This document shows, in pieces, positions 1-12,800 of a DNA stretch of 64,000 bases. Made by a program: the position numbers and the translations under genes. Below the pieces are notes generated by a model. It did no database searches. It saw only the letters and a program-made list of their open reading frames with translations, and had not been told where the DNA came from. This DNA comes from Tubulanus polymorphus (Eukaryota; Animalia; Nemertea), in contig NC_134026.1 in the NCBI RefSeq assembly GCF_964204645.1, positions 31,115,432-31,179,431 on the forward strand, read 5' to 3'. The stretch's first letter is position 1. Each line of letters starts with the position of its first letter.

Positions 1-1275
1 ACTCGATAGAAAGATGGAATATTCGATATTCCAGAAAATGTTAGAAATATATTTGTTTATGTCTTAAAAGCAAAAACTGTAGTTTACTTACTGATCATGG
101 CTATACTGATAAAGTGTAAACCCTGAAAAAAAGTGTGAAATATTTATTGAGTTTGGACCCATTTAGCCGTCTGCCCAAGAATTTTCGTTTGTGAAAATTA
201 TCACAAGAGACAAAACCAGAAAACTGGAATCATAATTCATTTACTTACCGGTACGAACGTGCGTGCCTGATGGAACTAACTGAATTCAGCTTTTAATCTC
301 ATCCTGTGAGAGTCTGTTTTTTATAACCCTGGAGAGAGATAAGGGTTCAGAGTATTCTAGTAATTCAATATGACGATGTCAATTCATCGTTTGTTCAGTT
401 TTAGTGAATGAGAGAAATTTGAAGCCAGTTTCAATCGTTGAGTATAATGGTTTAGTACTTGGGCAAATTCAGCTGAATCGAGCACTATTTTTTGTGCTTT
501 TTATCGGATGGATTTTACACTGAATTTATCATCCATATGTTAAATTTATTTCTTATAAAATCCAGTTTCTAAAAGTGTCCTGGTAAAATGTATAATACAC
601 TGGTGTTTTTAGTTCATTTTCAATAAAAATGTCTCAGGTGAAGCCCTGAACACATGTGAAATGTGGACGATTAGTTTTTGAAAGTGAGCTGATGAAATGT
701 CTCTAATATTTGGTGTTTGTAGTTAATTTTCAATTAAAATGTTCCAGGTGAAGTTCTGAACACCGGTTCGAGTTCTTGCATGTAAAAACACGATCGATGA
801 AGCCATGGACCGTAAAACGTTTTAGAGTCCATCGTGGTGATACCCACCCACAGTGAGCTGGAAGTAAAGACCACTTGAATGACAAGCAATTTTCCAGTAA
901 CAACTGAAATAAACATTTACCATAGTTACAGTACTTCACATCAATTATTTAAGTGAATTTTACAGCCACTCAGTAATCAAGCGTCTCACTTTATTAGTGT
1001 AAATATGCGTATGTTGTTAAACCAATGACTATCCAGATATGAAACGTATTTCAATGACAAAATGGTGAATTTGTGGATTATAACTCTGATCGCAATTTCA
1101 TTAACTGATTTTTGTCAGGCATGTTCGTGCAATGTTACTGCGACGATAGGTAATTCTTTTGTTGCGAAATCTTTCGTTTATCCACGAATTTGAAATTTAC
1201 TCTCTTAAAAAGTGCGAAAAGCAAAAAGTGAAAATGATGATTTACTTGGAAGTAACTGATCGATTCGAATTTCAG

Positions 1276-4200
1276 GCGTTCTCGTAGATAAAAGTAATGA
1301 TTTTGGGAAAATGAAAACAGCAATTCGCAAAGCGTTAGAACCAACATCATGTGAAATGAAACTGGTACTGAAAGAGTTGAAATCATCAACTGATAATGAG
1401 GCTGGTATAACTAATGAAGGTCGGTTTAATATCTCCGACATCGATGATTTTGATGTCTTAAAACTTGTCTTAAAACGTTTCTTTTTAAAGAAGATTTTTG
1501 CCTGTTTATGTTAAGTCACTGAGTTCTAATATTGATATTTCATTGCGGGGTGCGGGCAGTTTGTGATTTGGATAAAAATGGAATTTCTGTTTTGATAATG
1601 GTCACGAAAACCAAACCAGCTTCGTTATCACTATTCGAACAAATTCAACTTCCGGTTTTACAAATATCCTGGATTAACTACGTAAGTTCTTATAATGGGT
1701 ATTGAAAAAAATTCTATAATTCAAAAATGAATTTGATTATGATGGTCACATTATAAGTGCATTATTTGTTGCTCTCTATACAGGATGGAATCAGTGGTCG
1801 ATTGAAACCAGGAAAATTTACCAGACAAACTGTGTTTATCCCTCAAATCCAGCTAATTGAAGTGGTTCAAGCTGCCATTGTCAAAGAGAAATGGAATCAA
1901 TTGGTTTTATTCTTCGATTATTCATCCGGTAAAAATTCCGTCGTCAGCCGCGATCGCCCATGGAGAGCGCCCAATTCGGGCCGGGTCAAATTTGGCCCGT
2001 GCCAAGATTAGGCCTTGGCCAATCGTTCAAGTACTGGTGTAAACTGGGTTTGAGTTTTTGTTTGACATGAGCCAAATTTGACCGGATTTTTGAACCAGAA
2101 CCAGAACCAGGACCAGACCCGTGCCAAACAAATAATCACCAATACGTAATTCCTTGTGGAACTAGCTGATTGGTTCTGGAAGTGACTAACCTCACTCATT
2201 AGCATGGATCAGACTCCGGGCCATTTTCATCCGGGTCAGGTTTTCTCCGTGTGATCGCGGCTTCAAATCAACAGTATAAGTCTTATCCGTTCTCAGACTT
2301 TATGCTTTTTTCAATTTTCGAAGCACTGATTTCTTTCCAAAAATATGGGAGGGTGAAGGGAAAAATAGAAATTAAAAAGATTCATAATAATACACGTTTT
2401 AAAATGGAAGGGATCAGGAAATAGATAGAAATAATTTTTTTTTATTATTTGAGTATTTTCCACAATTAACCTCGGAAGAACTGCAGAAGAAAATTTCATT
2501 GCATAAATAAATTGTGCTGCATTTCATTCAAATAATTGGAGAAATAACGAAAATACAAAGGGCTAAAAAATTCCATGTTGATGATTTTTGCAGAATTTGA
2601 GGAGCGATGATTAAAGTTATTAAAAAAGATCTAGCAGTCGTTTATAGGCACAAAATATAGAAATTACATTTCGAAACTACTAAATATCACTAGAGTCGAA
2701 TAAATTTCTACTTACAGATAACATTATCGATATAGTCAACAGCATGAAACGATGGATTTATAAAAATATGATTAAAATAATGTCGTTTAATATGAACAAA
2801 ACGACTTATAATAAAGACATCAAAAGACTTATCGAAACGGAAAATAGATTTCTTCTTATCTGCAGTCTTCAAAATATACAGCGTATATTCGGCTGGGTAA
2901 GTGACTTATCTGTACTCTCAGAGGATATAAACAGTCAAACTTACATCAGTCGATGTCATCAGATCAAGTCGTCACATTCAACTATCACAACTATTCTGAG
3001 TCTCAATTTGTATTGCTAATTCAATTTACTAAATGTAAATCATCGTTTGGATAAGTCGTCACATCTACGACCAGCGAGTTTCACTGAATCTTCCAAACGT
3101 TTTTCCAACCCATGAAATTCCATAGTTGCTATATATCTATTTATTGTAGGTTCACCAGCACGGTATATATAAATGGCATTTAACCGATAACTATTGGTTG
3201 ATAGTTGGTGACAACTATAATCACGCGATAATTGAAGACTTTCTTCACGACGGAGATAACGTGTTGGTTATTGATTATGCAGTAAACAAGAAATCGTTTA
3301 TAAATCAGGTATTTATACATCAAGTATAACTGTTTTCTGTTTAGCTGAAACCGTGTGGGAATGCTGGATATTAGCGAGGGTTATTTCATATAGAATTAAA
3401 AATCTCTTGTCTTGGGGCTATAGTTTTCTTCTTCTTGCAGATGCATCTTTTAAAACATCTTGAAAAATGTTCCATCTTACGGTAGAAAGTGCTGACTTCA
3501 TAAAAGTTTCTTAAGAATCTGGATATAACTTTTTTTTTCATAAATCTTCTCTAGTTTTTTCTTCTTATAGATATTTCAATTGGATGATTTTCCTCAAATC
3601 GAATAAAAAGCTGAATTCAAAGCTAACCGGTTTTTTCTCGTTCCTATCGATGAGTCTTGAAAACTGCCCTCGAAAATACCTGGTCCTGGACATAGAAAAC
3701 ATTTCTGATCGGTTATGAATGGAAAATAAATTCGACAAAAATCATGATCGAAATTAAAATGTCTTCGTCCTTTTGTTCAGGTTGTGTGGATTGTAGCATC
3801 GGTGCAAAGGGCTTTAAACGAAACGATAAAATCAGGAGTGACCGAAATGAATAAGAGTTGTAGATATTCACAAATCGCGTGGCCAATTGGAAAAACTATT
3901 CTAGACAATATTGAGGTCAGTTTGCTGCAGGGGTGTTTTGTTTTAACTAATCTTACAGAACGTATGAATGACAAACGGCAAACTGCACAATACTGCAGTA
4001 AACCTCGGCTTACTTGGAGAAACTGTGACCACACGCAAAATTTGAAGTTAAAGATTGGAAAAAATTCATCTGGAATTCAGAAAATAATTTCTTTTTTTGT
4101 TCGAGTTGTTAAAAGTCTGAGTTGACAATGTCGGAGTTCAGTGAGGTATTACTGTACTGATTCGAGTTCAGCCGACCGTTTACTGGAGAATAATGCATTT

Positions 4201-7200
4201 TGGCGAATAGCTCTGCTTGCATGCAAGCAATTTCATTATAACGTCATTTTCTATATCGGAGATTAACTTTATATGAATAATTGGGTTTTTTTTTCCCACG
4301 ACAGACACCTGGTAGAAACGATAGTCAACAAGAAGGCAGTATAGACGTCATGACGGCATCAGTCAGACAACATCCAACTTTCAGCACAGTTCATAGAATT
4401 AGAAATATAAAGCAACTGGAACGTCTGGAAGTTCTTTATCCAATGAAAACATACGGATTTTGCAATAGAACTTTCCATGTTATGTCTATTGAGGTGAGTT
4501 TGTGACAACAAGGTTTAAAGTTGTTAAACTTATAGTTTCTTTCCCATCGATTATTGCCACATAAAATTTATTTCTTCTTTTAGATCTTCTAAATTCATAA
4601 ATCGAATTAATCTATATTTATTTTACAGTATTTTCCCTACCACTTTTTCAATTTCAAAACCGGAAAATGGGAAGGAATAGTAATAGATTTACTGATCGAA
4701 TTATCTAAACGTATGAACTTCAGGTAACTTTCTCCACGCTTATCAAGCTCCACACAAAACATAGCAAATTAGCAGTTTTCAAGCGTCATTTTAACCCCTG
4801 TGAAGCTGGCTCCCGGTTCCCGGTTCCCGGTTCCTTATTCGGCTCCCGGTTCAAAAGCATTTTGAATCGGGAGCTGAACCAGTAGCCGGCTCCCGGTTCC
4901 CGATTCGGCTCCCGATTCAAAATGTTTTTGAATCGGAAGCCGAATAAGGAACCGGGAACCGGGAGCCAGCTTCACAGGGGTGTCATTTTAACACTTCTTC
5001 ATTTTATTTGTTGTATATAGTTATGTCATATCACCAGCACCTGATAACACATGGGGTGTGCCTAAGAATGGAACGTGGAATGGAATGATCGGAGCTCTTA
5101 TCAAGAAGGTATGTAACTTTATTTAGAGGAAGTAATCCCTAGTTAGTTACCTTATCGTTGGTGGTAAGCTTTTTATAATCGGATGGGCTTATACCAAGAA
5201 GTGGTTTGTGAAAATATCCGATCGGGGAACTAAACCACAGTCAGGTTTAGAGAAATCCCACAATAATCACAATAATCCCACAAAGACTAATTAACCATCC
5301 GGATTGATGGCTGATATAGTCTTTAGCCGAAATGTTGCACTACTGTGTCATTAAGGGCTTCACATCTTTAGCTGAATTTATAGTGGGATTTCCCTCGTTT
5401 ATTCATCTTACACGGGAATTTATGTAATTCATCGACCGGGATTTATCAACCGAATATTCATCCACTGCTGTAGAAATGATGCTGGACTATATTTGCAGGA
5501 GACAGATATGTTAGCTGTTATATTGACTGTTACTGCTGAACGAAATGCAGTCCTCGATTATACAACACCGTTTCTCGATGATAAAACAATAATGGTCATA
5601 AAGAAATCGACATCTGAAAACATTTTCTTGTTCCTGTCGCCATTCTCGAATATGGTCTGGTATTGTTCCATTATTGCAGTACCAAGTAAGCTGGTAAACT
5701 TGTATTCTTTAAACCCCAAATTGGGACGGTTTCGACTTTATTTTACATCGTGAAGCCAATAGATCATTGTCAACATGTTCAGAATCTTCTAGTTATGGGT
5801 TATGTTTTTGTTTTCCAGCTATAGGTTTATTGCTGGCGCTATTCACGAGAATAACTCCGCACCGTGGTAAACAGAAGAACCACCCGCTGAAAGAACCAAA
5901 ACATTCAATTTGGTACACATTGGGTTCGATTGTACAACAAGGTAGGGCCTTGGAAACACAGATTATACGTATCTCCCAATCTATGAAATCGAATGCTCAA
6001 TGACTGATTCATTTTTCCCTTTTCAATGTCGTCAATTATTTTTGGCCGTATTTTGATATATCAGGGAAAGTTAATTGATTGTTTAATTGTTTCAGGTGGA
6101 GTACATCTTCCTGAAGCGCTTTCCGGACGGTTATTGGTAGCTCTTTGGTGGGGGTTTGTTATCGTCCTGTTGGCGTCGTACAGCGGCAGTTTAGTCGCGT
6201 ATTTGTCATTACAAAATGACAAACCTTTCATATCGAAAATAAATGAATTACCGGAAATGAGAGAGAAAGGTTACAAATACGGAGTATTGAAGGACGCCGC
6301 TCTGCAGAATATATTCCAGGTAAGCAACACCGCCGCCTGGATTTCAACCCTTACTCGTATTCGATCCAGTTCTACCGTTACAGATCGAATTCAGTTTTAA
6401 TGTTTTAATCAATTCAATGTTTTAACTTCTGGATCAAGCTTCACAGTCATATGGCTCAGATTTACAATTATATAAGCTCATTCTAAGCTAACATTTTAGT
6501 TATATAGCCAATCTTACAACGTAAGACCAATTCAAGCTAAGTTTGGTCTAAAACAAATTAAAAAACTTAAAACCAGTCTAAGGCCTTCTTAGTTCTAAAG
6601 CCAATCTAACATTCTAAGACCAGTCTATTTAAGATTAAAGACGATTTGATGGACTTTGTCATGGCTGTCCAGTTATATTGAACTCACCACGGTGTCCTGA
6701 TTACTGTCGCCCTGAATCCAACAACATTCGTTTCTATGATGGATTTTTCGTGTTTAACAGACGGCTACAGATGGAATCTATGAAGAAGTCTGGACCGGAA
6801 TGAAAGACGATGAAAACAATTTCATGCCGACAAATTACGACGGAATGAAACGTGTTTTAAACGATAAATACATTTATCTTACATCGAAATATTTGCTGGA
6901 GTCACGAAATATGAGTTTATTCCCTAAAGACGAACAGTGTTCATTAACGCAAGCGAAACAAGAGTTTCTAGGGACGTATTACGCATTGGGATTCCCTCAA
7001 GACAGTCCACACGTGACACGATTCTCTATGGAGTAAGTATGCCTCCCCCTAGGCCCCCGTAACCAGCAGATAATGGCGCGGGACAACGGTGCTTTCTGTT
7101 GTTTACAAGTCACGTCTGCGTTTAGAAACTGAGGAGTGTCACAGATTCAAAAATAAAAAAACCCATGTCTAGTTCTTTGATGAATGTTAATACGTTGACC

Positions 7201-7830
7201 TTCGTGTACCGGTACTAAAAACTAAAACATTTTTCTGATACCCGAGAAAATCCCAGCTTCCTTGCTGCAGGGGATTAGAAATCTTGGACCTCTCTTACGA
7301 ATGATTAACACAACCCACGAGTTATGGTTAGAAAAATTGCTGGTAAGATTCAAGAATAGGGGACTAGTGGTTAGGATTAGGGTTAGGGTTAGGTTTAGTT
7401 CCCTAATCATCATTAATTACTATATACATTACTATAATTACTATATACATTACTATCATTATATATCATCATTATCAATTACTAATATTATTACTTAATT
7501 GATTACTATCACTACATATATATTGCTATAGTCCCCTATTCTTGAATCGCACCAAATTGCTTTTTTTTCATTTTCAGGATATTGCGAATTTTGGAAATTG
7601 GATTGGTCAATTATTGGAAATCCACGTACAAATCGGGCTATCAATGCGACTCAACGAATCATGTGAACCAACAAGACATCAGCCTTCAGAAAGCGCAGGG
7701 GGCTTTCTACATGCTGTTCATAGGACTGTTTACTGGATTACTGGCTCTCATTGTTGAGAAGATCGTTTCCGTTTGTCAGAAGGATAAAGTGAGGGCGGTA
7801 CCAGAGACGAACCAACACAGACATAAATAA
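1276..7830 (+). CDS. Ionotropic glutamate receptor (AMPA/kainate-like iGluR). Multi-exon, 5' end lies outside the window.
   Basis: Exons (GT-AG): ~1276-1419 and 1784-1928 (amino-terminal domain; 'QLIEVVQAAIVKEKWNQLVLFFDYSS' resembles the iGluR amino-terminal-domain 'HYKWEKFVYLYD'), 3150-3308, 3781-3915, 4305-4493, 4629-4723, 5021-5108 ('NGTWNGMIGALIKK', S1 lobe), 5499-5696 ('ETDMLAVILTVTAERNAVLDYTTPFL', matching 'ADLAVAPLTITxER..DFSKPF'), 5819-5941 (pore loop '..WYTLGSIVQQG'), 6096-6319 (M3 '..LLASYSGSLVAYLSL', cf. SYTANLAAF), 6761-7032 (S2 lobe), 7577-7830 (M4 'ILEIGLVNYWKSTY..C', stop TAA at 7828-7830). The first two exons are assigned at lower confidence. Confidence 0.85.
1947..2258. mobile_element. 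MITE (family C) with terminal inverted repeats GCCGCGATC(G/A)C..GGAGA, lying in an iGluR intron.
   Basis: The 5' end 'gccgcgatcgcccatggagag' is the reverse complement of the 3' end 'ctccgtgtgatcgcggc'. A related partial copy starts at 44579. Confidence 0.6.
4796..4981. mobile_element. Palindromic MITE / long hairpin with ~45-bp near-perfect terminal inverted repeats
   Basis: 'cccctgtgaagctggctcccggttcccggttcccggttcc...' at the 5' end mirrors '...ggaaccgggaaccgggagccagcttcacagggg' at the 3' end. It lies in an iGluR intron. Confidence 0.7.
7349..7546. mobile_element. MITE-like element with 19-bp terminal inverted repeat TTCAAGAATAGGGGACTAG, carrying an internal (TTAGGG)n tract and an AT-rich microsatellite
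   Basis: 7349-7367 'ttcaagaataggggactag' is the reverse complement of 7529-7546 'tagtcccctattcttgaa'. Inside are 'ttaggattagggttagggttaggtttag' at 7371-7404 and (ATTACTATATACATTACT)n. Confidence 0.6.
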
Positions 7831-8908
7831 ATAAATTATAGAAATATGATGTTTATTCTACTTCTACTAGGTTATATACAACTCCTTAAAATTACACTTT
7901 TTACTATTTACATAATTATTTACATCATCGTAACTAGTTACAGTTTCTCTTTTACAGATAAAAACACAACTTTTTAAAATTAAAAACAATCTCTGTTGAG
8001 ACACGTGAATAAAATGAACACAGTTTAAAATGAGTAGAAATGAAGAATTCTAAATGATTCGCGTTTGGAATTCCAGTTTGGAGTTCATTTACACAGTAGA
8101 CTCTGCAACCTGAGTCGGATCTTTCGGGACCATAAAAATATATCCGATTTTAGTGATATCCGAGTTGGATGCTATGTATTTCATATATAGTGCCATAAAA
8201 AATATTTCATCCATCATCAGAGTTGAATGAATCCACTCCGGCGGAGTCTACTGTAATGTTTGCTTAAGGCAACAAATATCCTCCTATTTGGATATTTAGA
8301 ACCTCCTATTTATAACAATTACGCTGAACCTAACTGGGACAAACTGAGACCAGTGGCTAAACGGGTCCGAGTTCAGATTCAGATTTTGTCCGAGTCAGTC
8401 ATAAGTCTGAAGATACCATAATCTATAAATGCTTGGTTATCGTGGTCTATCACTGACGGGTGGAATCTTACAGCTGTTGATTTATTGCACTTGAAACGCT
8501 ATCGTGTGACTGTCTATATTCCTTGAGTGATTGTAAAATCTGACATGTCCTCCGATGGTTTCAATACTAAATTCTGAAGCGAAAATAAATCAGTTTCATT
8601 CATTTATTAATCCGCAAAATTGTTTTAAATTTTAATTAATGAATTTTCGTTCAAAGTCTCAGATTGAAAACTATAATTTACAGTTCATTAAGGAACTCGA
8701 CAATAAAAATAATGGAGTTCAACTCTCACATGAGTAAGGTCGGTCATCATTGACTTTGTTTTTCTAGGGTTCATACTAAACTAGTGGAGGAAGAACAGAG
8801 CTGAATTTCATAAACATTGGGGAGCAAAATAATAATCTTTGTGAACATTTTGAAATTTGTCAGTTATTACCACAGTTCTTCAATCTTTGTAACACTGAGG
8901 ATTTACCC

Positions 8909-9762
8909 GTGGGGTTAAACTTTGATATCCAGGCTATGAAACCAGGCCCAGCAGGTAAAGGATTAACCCCTAGGGGTAGCTTTGATACCCGGTCTATGAA
9001 ACCAGGCCCAGCAGGTAAAGGATTAACCCCTAGGGGTAGCTTTGATACCCGGTCTATGAAACCAGGCCCAGCAGGTAAAGGATTAACCCCTAGGGGTAGC
9101 TTTGATACCCGGTCTATGAAACCAGGCCCAGCGGGTAAAGGATTAACCCCTAGGGGTAGCTTTGATACCCGGTCTATGAAACCAGGCCCAGCGGGTAAAG
9201 GATTAACCCCTAGGGGTAGCTTTGATACCCGGTCTATGAAACCAGGCCCAGCAGGTAAAGGATTAACCCCTAGGGGTAGCTTTGATACCCGGTCTATGAA
9301 ACCAGGCCCAGCAGGTAAAGGATTAACCCCTAGGGGTAGCTTTGATACCCGGTCTATGAAACTAGGCCCAGCGGGTAAAGGATTAACCCCTAGGGGTAGC
9401 TTTGATACCCGGTCTATGAAACCAGGCCCAGCGGGTAAAGGATTAACCCCTAGGGGTAGCTTTGATACCCGGTCTATGAAACCAGGCCCAGCGGGTAAAG
9501 GATTAACCCCTAGGGGTAGCTTTGATACCCGGTCTATGAAACCAGGCCCAGCAGGTAAAGGATTAACCCCTAGGGGTAGCTTTGATACCCGGTCTATGAA
9601 ACCAGGCCCAGCGGGTAAAGGATTAACCCCTAGGGTTAGCTTTGATACCCGGTCTATGAAACCAGGCCCAGCAGGTAAAGGATTAACCCCTAGGGGTAGC
9701 CTTGATACCCGGTCTCTGAAACCAGGCCCAGCAGGTAAAGGATTAACCCTATCAATGAAATC
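8909..9762. repeat. 60-bp minisatellite, about 14 near-identical units
   Basis: Unit 'accaggcccagc(a/g)ggtaaaggattaacccctaggggtagctttgatacccggtctatgaa'. The 302-aa ORF at 8909..9817 is an in-frame artefact because 60 is divisible by 3. The array lies between the convergent 3' ends of the iGluR and NCAPH genes. Confidence 0.95.
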
Positions 9763-9859
9763 TAGGGTTTGCTTGGTATTCTTAAAACAATCAGGTCGAA
9801 TGAATACTGTTAGATAATGGACTCAATCAATAATCTCAATGGATCAATCGTATATTTAC

Positions 9860-12800
9860 CTTTTCATTAGCAAGATGTAGTAAACAAACAAATGCGATCG
9901 GAACGCTTAAATTCTTCGCCATATTTTTGGAGACTTTATTCGGTAGAACGTCGACGAGTTCGCTGAATGTGTGAGTTCCGTTGACGCTATCGTTTAAACG
10001 AGGCGTTTGAGGAGTTTCATCATTCTCCTGTTAAACATAAAATACAACAGTCAAATTAACTCCGACAACAAGAATCAGGGTTCGTCGTACACTTCAACCG
10101 GAATTCCAGGAGGTGTATGAACCCTGAAGAATTGAACTAGAAATCTAGCAGCAGACAGTGTGCGCGTTGCCCCAGATCTCACGGGACCAATAAATTCTCA
10201 ATTCGAGGTACCCGGCGCACCCGCAGCAGGGATGGGTCATTATCAAGATAGATTGAAATAAGAAAACATGTTTGGTGCATGCTATAATCCGAGATAAGAG
10301 TCTGTACATAGGGTCAAAATTTCTTCAAGAAATCGGAGGATATCGAACTGATAAGAGAATAATTTATGATGTAAATGAAATGAAATGAACGCTATCAATA
10401 TAAATAGCTACCTGTACCTTGTCACCCTCGGGGGGAACCATTAAAACATTCCACATACTGTGCTTCAATTTTTTCACGTCCATTTTTTTCGCAGCTTTAG
10501 CGTAAGCGATATCGATTTTACTGACCTGTAATCAAACAAATTTAACTCGTATTATTTTAAACTGGAGACCAATAACAGGAACCGAATCCTCAACTATTCG
10601 AATCCAGGTTTCATGAAAAAGTTAAGCTCTAATTTTTGGTTTAATTACTGAATTGATTACTTCATATTTTCAATAAGAACAATTCAAACTCAACCGTTTC
10701 AAAATTGGATCCTGATCTTACTTTTTTTGGTTGTTCGAGTAAATTATCTCCGGTTAACATCGAAGAACCTTCACCAGCGCCTCCGACATCATCACCTAGA
10801 AAATTATCGGCGGTTTGTTGACTTAAATCGGACATCTGACTGAATTCACCTCCAGCAGTGAAATCAAAACCACCAGCATCGTCATCATCATCTTCCACTG
10901 CAGCAGTCTGTATTCAATAGAAATATACATTCAAAATAGTTATGTAGTATTTTCACCCCTCCCCCTGAGAACTGGAAATCACGAACTTACATCGGCTGGA
11001 CAGAAATTATCGCGATCATTCGCGTTATCATAATCATAATCAGCGACACTAGCGTCGAGATCTTCAGTTGAGTTGTACGTCTGTCGTCGAATCTATTTCA
11101 AATATAATTAAAATTAATTTCTAGGAAACGCTTTTCAAGATCTAGTTCCACAGTTGTGATTTAGAGATAGTTAGAATAACATTGACCAGGTATAAATCAA
11201 AGCCTGTCTATAGGGAACGCGTGCGAGACCAAGCAAGAACTGTTCACTGTAGACATTTTTTTACTTTAGTTTATTTTCAATGAGTTTTAACTCTGAAATC
11301 TCAACTGTGGAACAGGATACTGGATCCAGTTCCAGAGTTAGAGTTAACTCTGATTGAAATCTTAACTTTCTAATCTTCTAACTTTTTATAATGTGATTTT
11401 AGAATGTAAAGTGCTGTGGTTTAGTTCTTAGAAACCGTGCTACCGGGTATATAAGAAAATATATTATCATTATTATTATAACTACATTTACAGCTGATTA
11501 CCGGTAGTAGAAACATGTATTTCAATACTTACTAAAACTTTCGGTTTTCCAAACAATCTGAATAGTTCACAAGGGTCGTAGTGTAAATCATCTGGTAATG
11601 TTAACATCGTGGAACTGTATTTATTTAACGTTGCTTTATTCACAGTCGTTGCTGCCCTCGTTTTCTTGAAATAAACTTCAAAATCAACTGCCTCCGAATC
11701 ATAATCTATTTTAAACGCTGCCTTTTTAGTTTTCGGTTTCTTTTCTTTCGACACGTCTGAAATATTCAAGTAAAAAAAAATTGACCACTTCTCCCTTCTG
11801 ACGATCAGCAATAACTTTCGGTAATTTACGTACCTTTAGTCTGTCCCTTGACCTTCCAATGCGAAGGTCCAGCCCACGTTGTAAGCAATGAAGAATTGAA
11901 GTATGAATATTCACTAGGTTGCGTAGATAGAACTTGTATAAGTTCTCCGACTGTTCCACTTCTATCAAATCATCGAAACAAATACAAAATACAGTAGACC
12001 GTTATTATCTCAGATATCACAGGACTGATCAGTTTTCTGCGAGTGAATTGCGAGGCTTGCAGAGTCCAGTGAACAGATTCAGAACTTACTTGATATTACT
12101 AACTACACTATTAACCATACGAGCCTCTTGACTATCACAACGTATTTCATCAGATTCACCGAAAACTTCATCACCTCGATCTAAAAAATCATATCAAACA
12201 TGACGTGAATCTACTAAACGCGGCTAGGATGGTGATTTTACACCGAGGATAAATTGAATTAGAATAGAAATCGGGACTCAAAAATAGAGATAAACTTTAA
12301 AGGCCAGGGTAAAAAGAAGTACTAATAACTTCAAGGACTTTTTCGGCAATTTTTGACTCGAAAATAAGTACTCTCCAGTTAAATGAGGGCCCATAAGGAA
12401 GCATTTTCGCAAAGCCTTTGCCGGAATACTAGTCATGTAGACCAATCATATATACCAGGCTAATTCCATAACACTTTCCTTCAGTCAAATTTGGAAGGAC
12501 TTTTTTATCAAAAGGAAGGACTTAGAGCCAAAGAGAAGGACAAAGATGATGTTTGTCCAAACTTTTTCCAAAAGAAGGACAAAGAAGGACTTGGAAGGAC
12601 CGCTGGAAACCCTGTTTAGAACTGCCGTATTATAGCCTAAAGGTCAACCCCTGTTTTGGGCTAATCAATTCAAGTTAATGTAGTATGAACTGCTGTTATA
12701 ACTACATCAAGTTGTTGTTTGTTCACTCACCATCAGCAGCACCGTAATCCTCATCATCCGTGTAACCCTCGTGAGTAGGTTGATACTGGTGAGGATCGTT

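Noticed and set aside
7262-7498. ORF 'MLQGIRNLGPLLRMINTTHELWLEK..' that looks exon-like between iGluR S2 and M4
   Set aside because: Joining 7032 directly to 7577 restores the canonical iGluR linker-M4 ('FSME|ILRILEIGLVNYWKSTY..C'). The intervening ORF runs into the TTAGGG/MITE sequence.
8909-9817. 302-aa ORF 'MKPGPAGKGLTPRGSFDTRS' x14
   Set aside because: It is a pure artefact of the 60-bp minisatellite (period divisible by 3). No start context or splice structure, and no protein-like composition outside the repeat.
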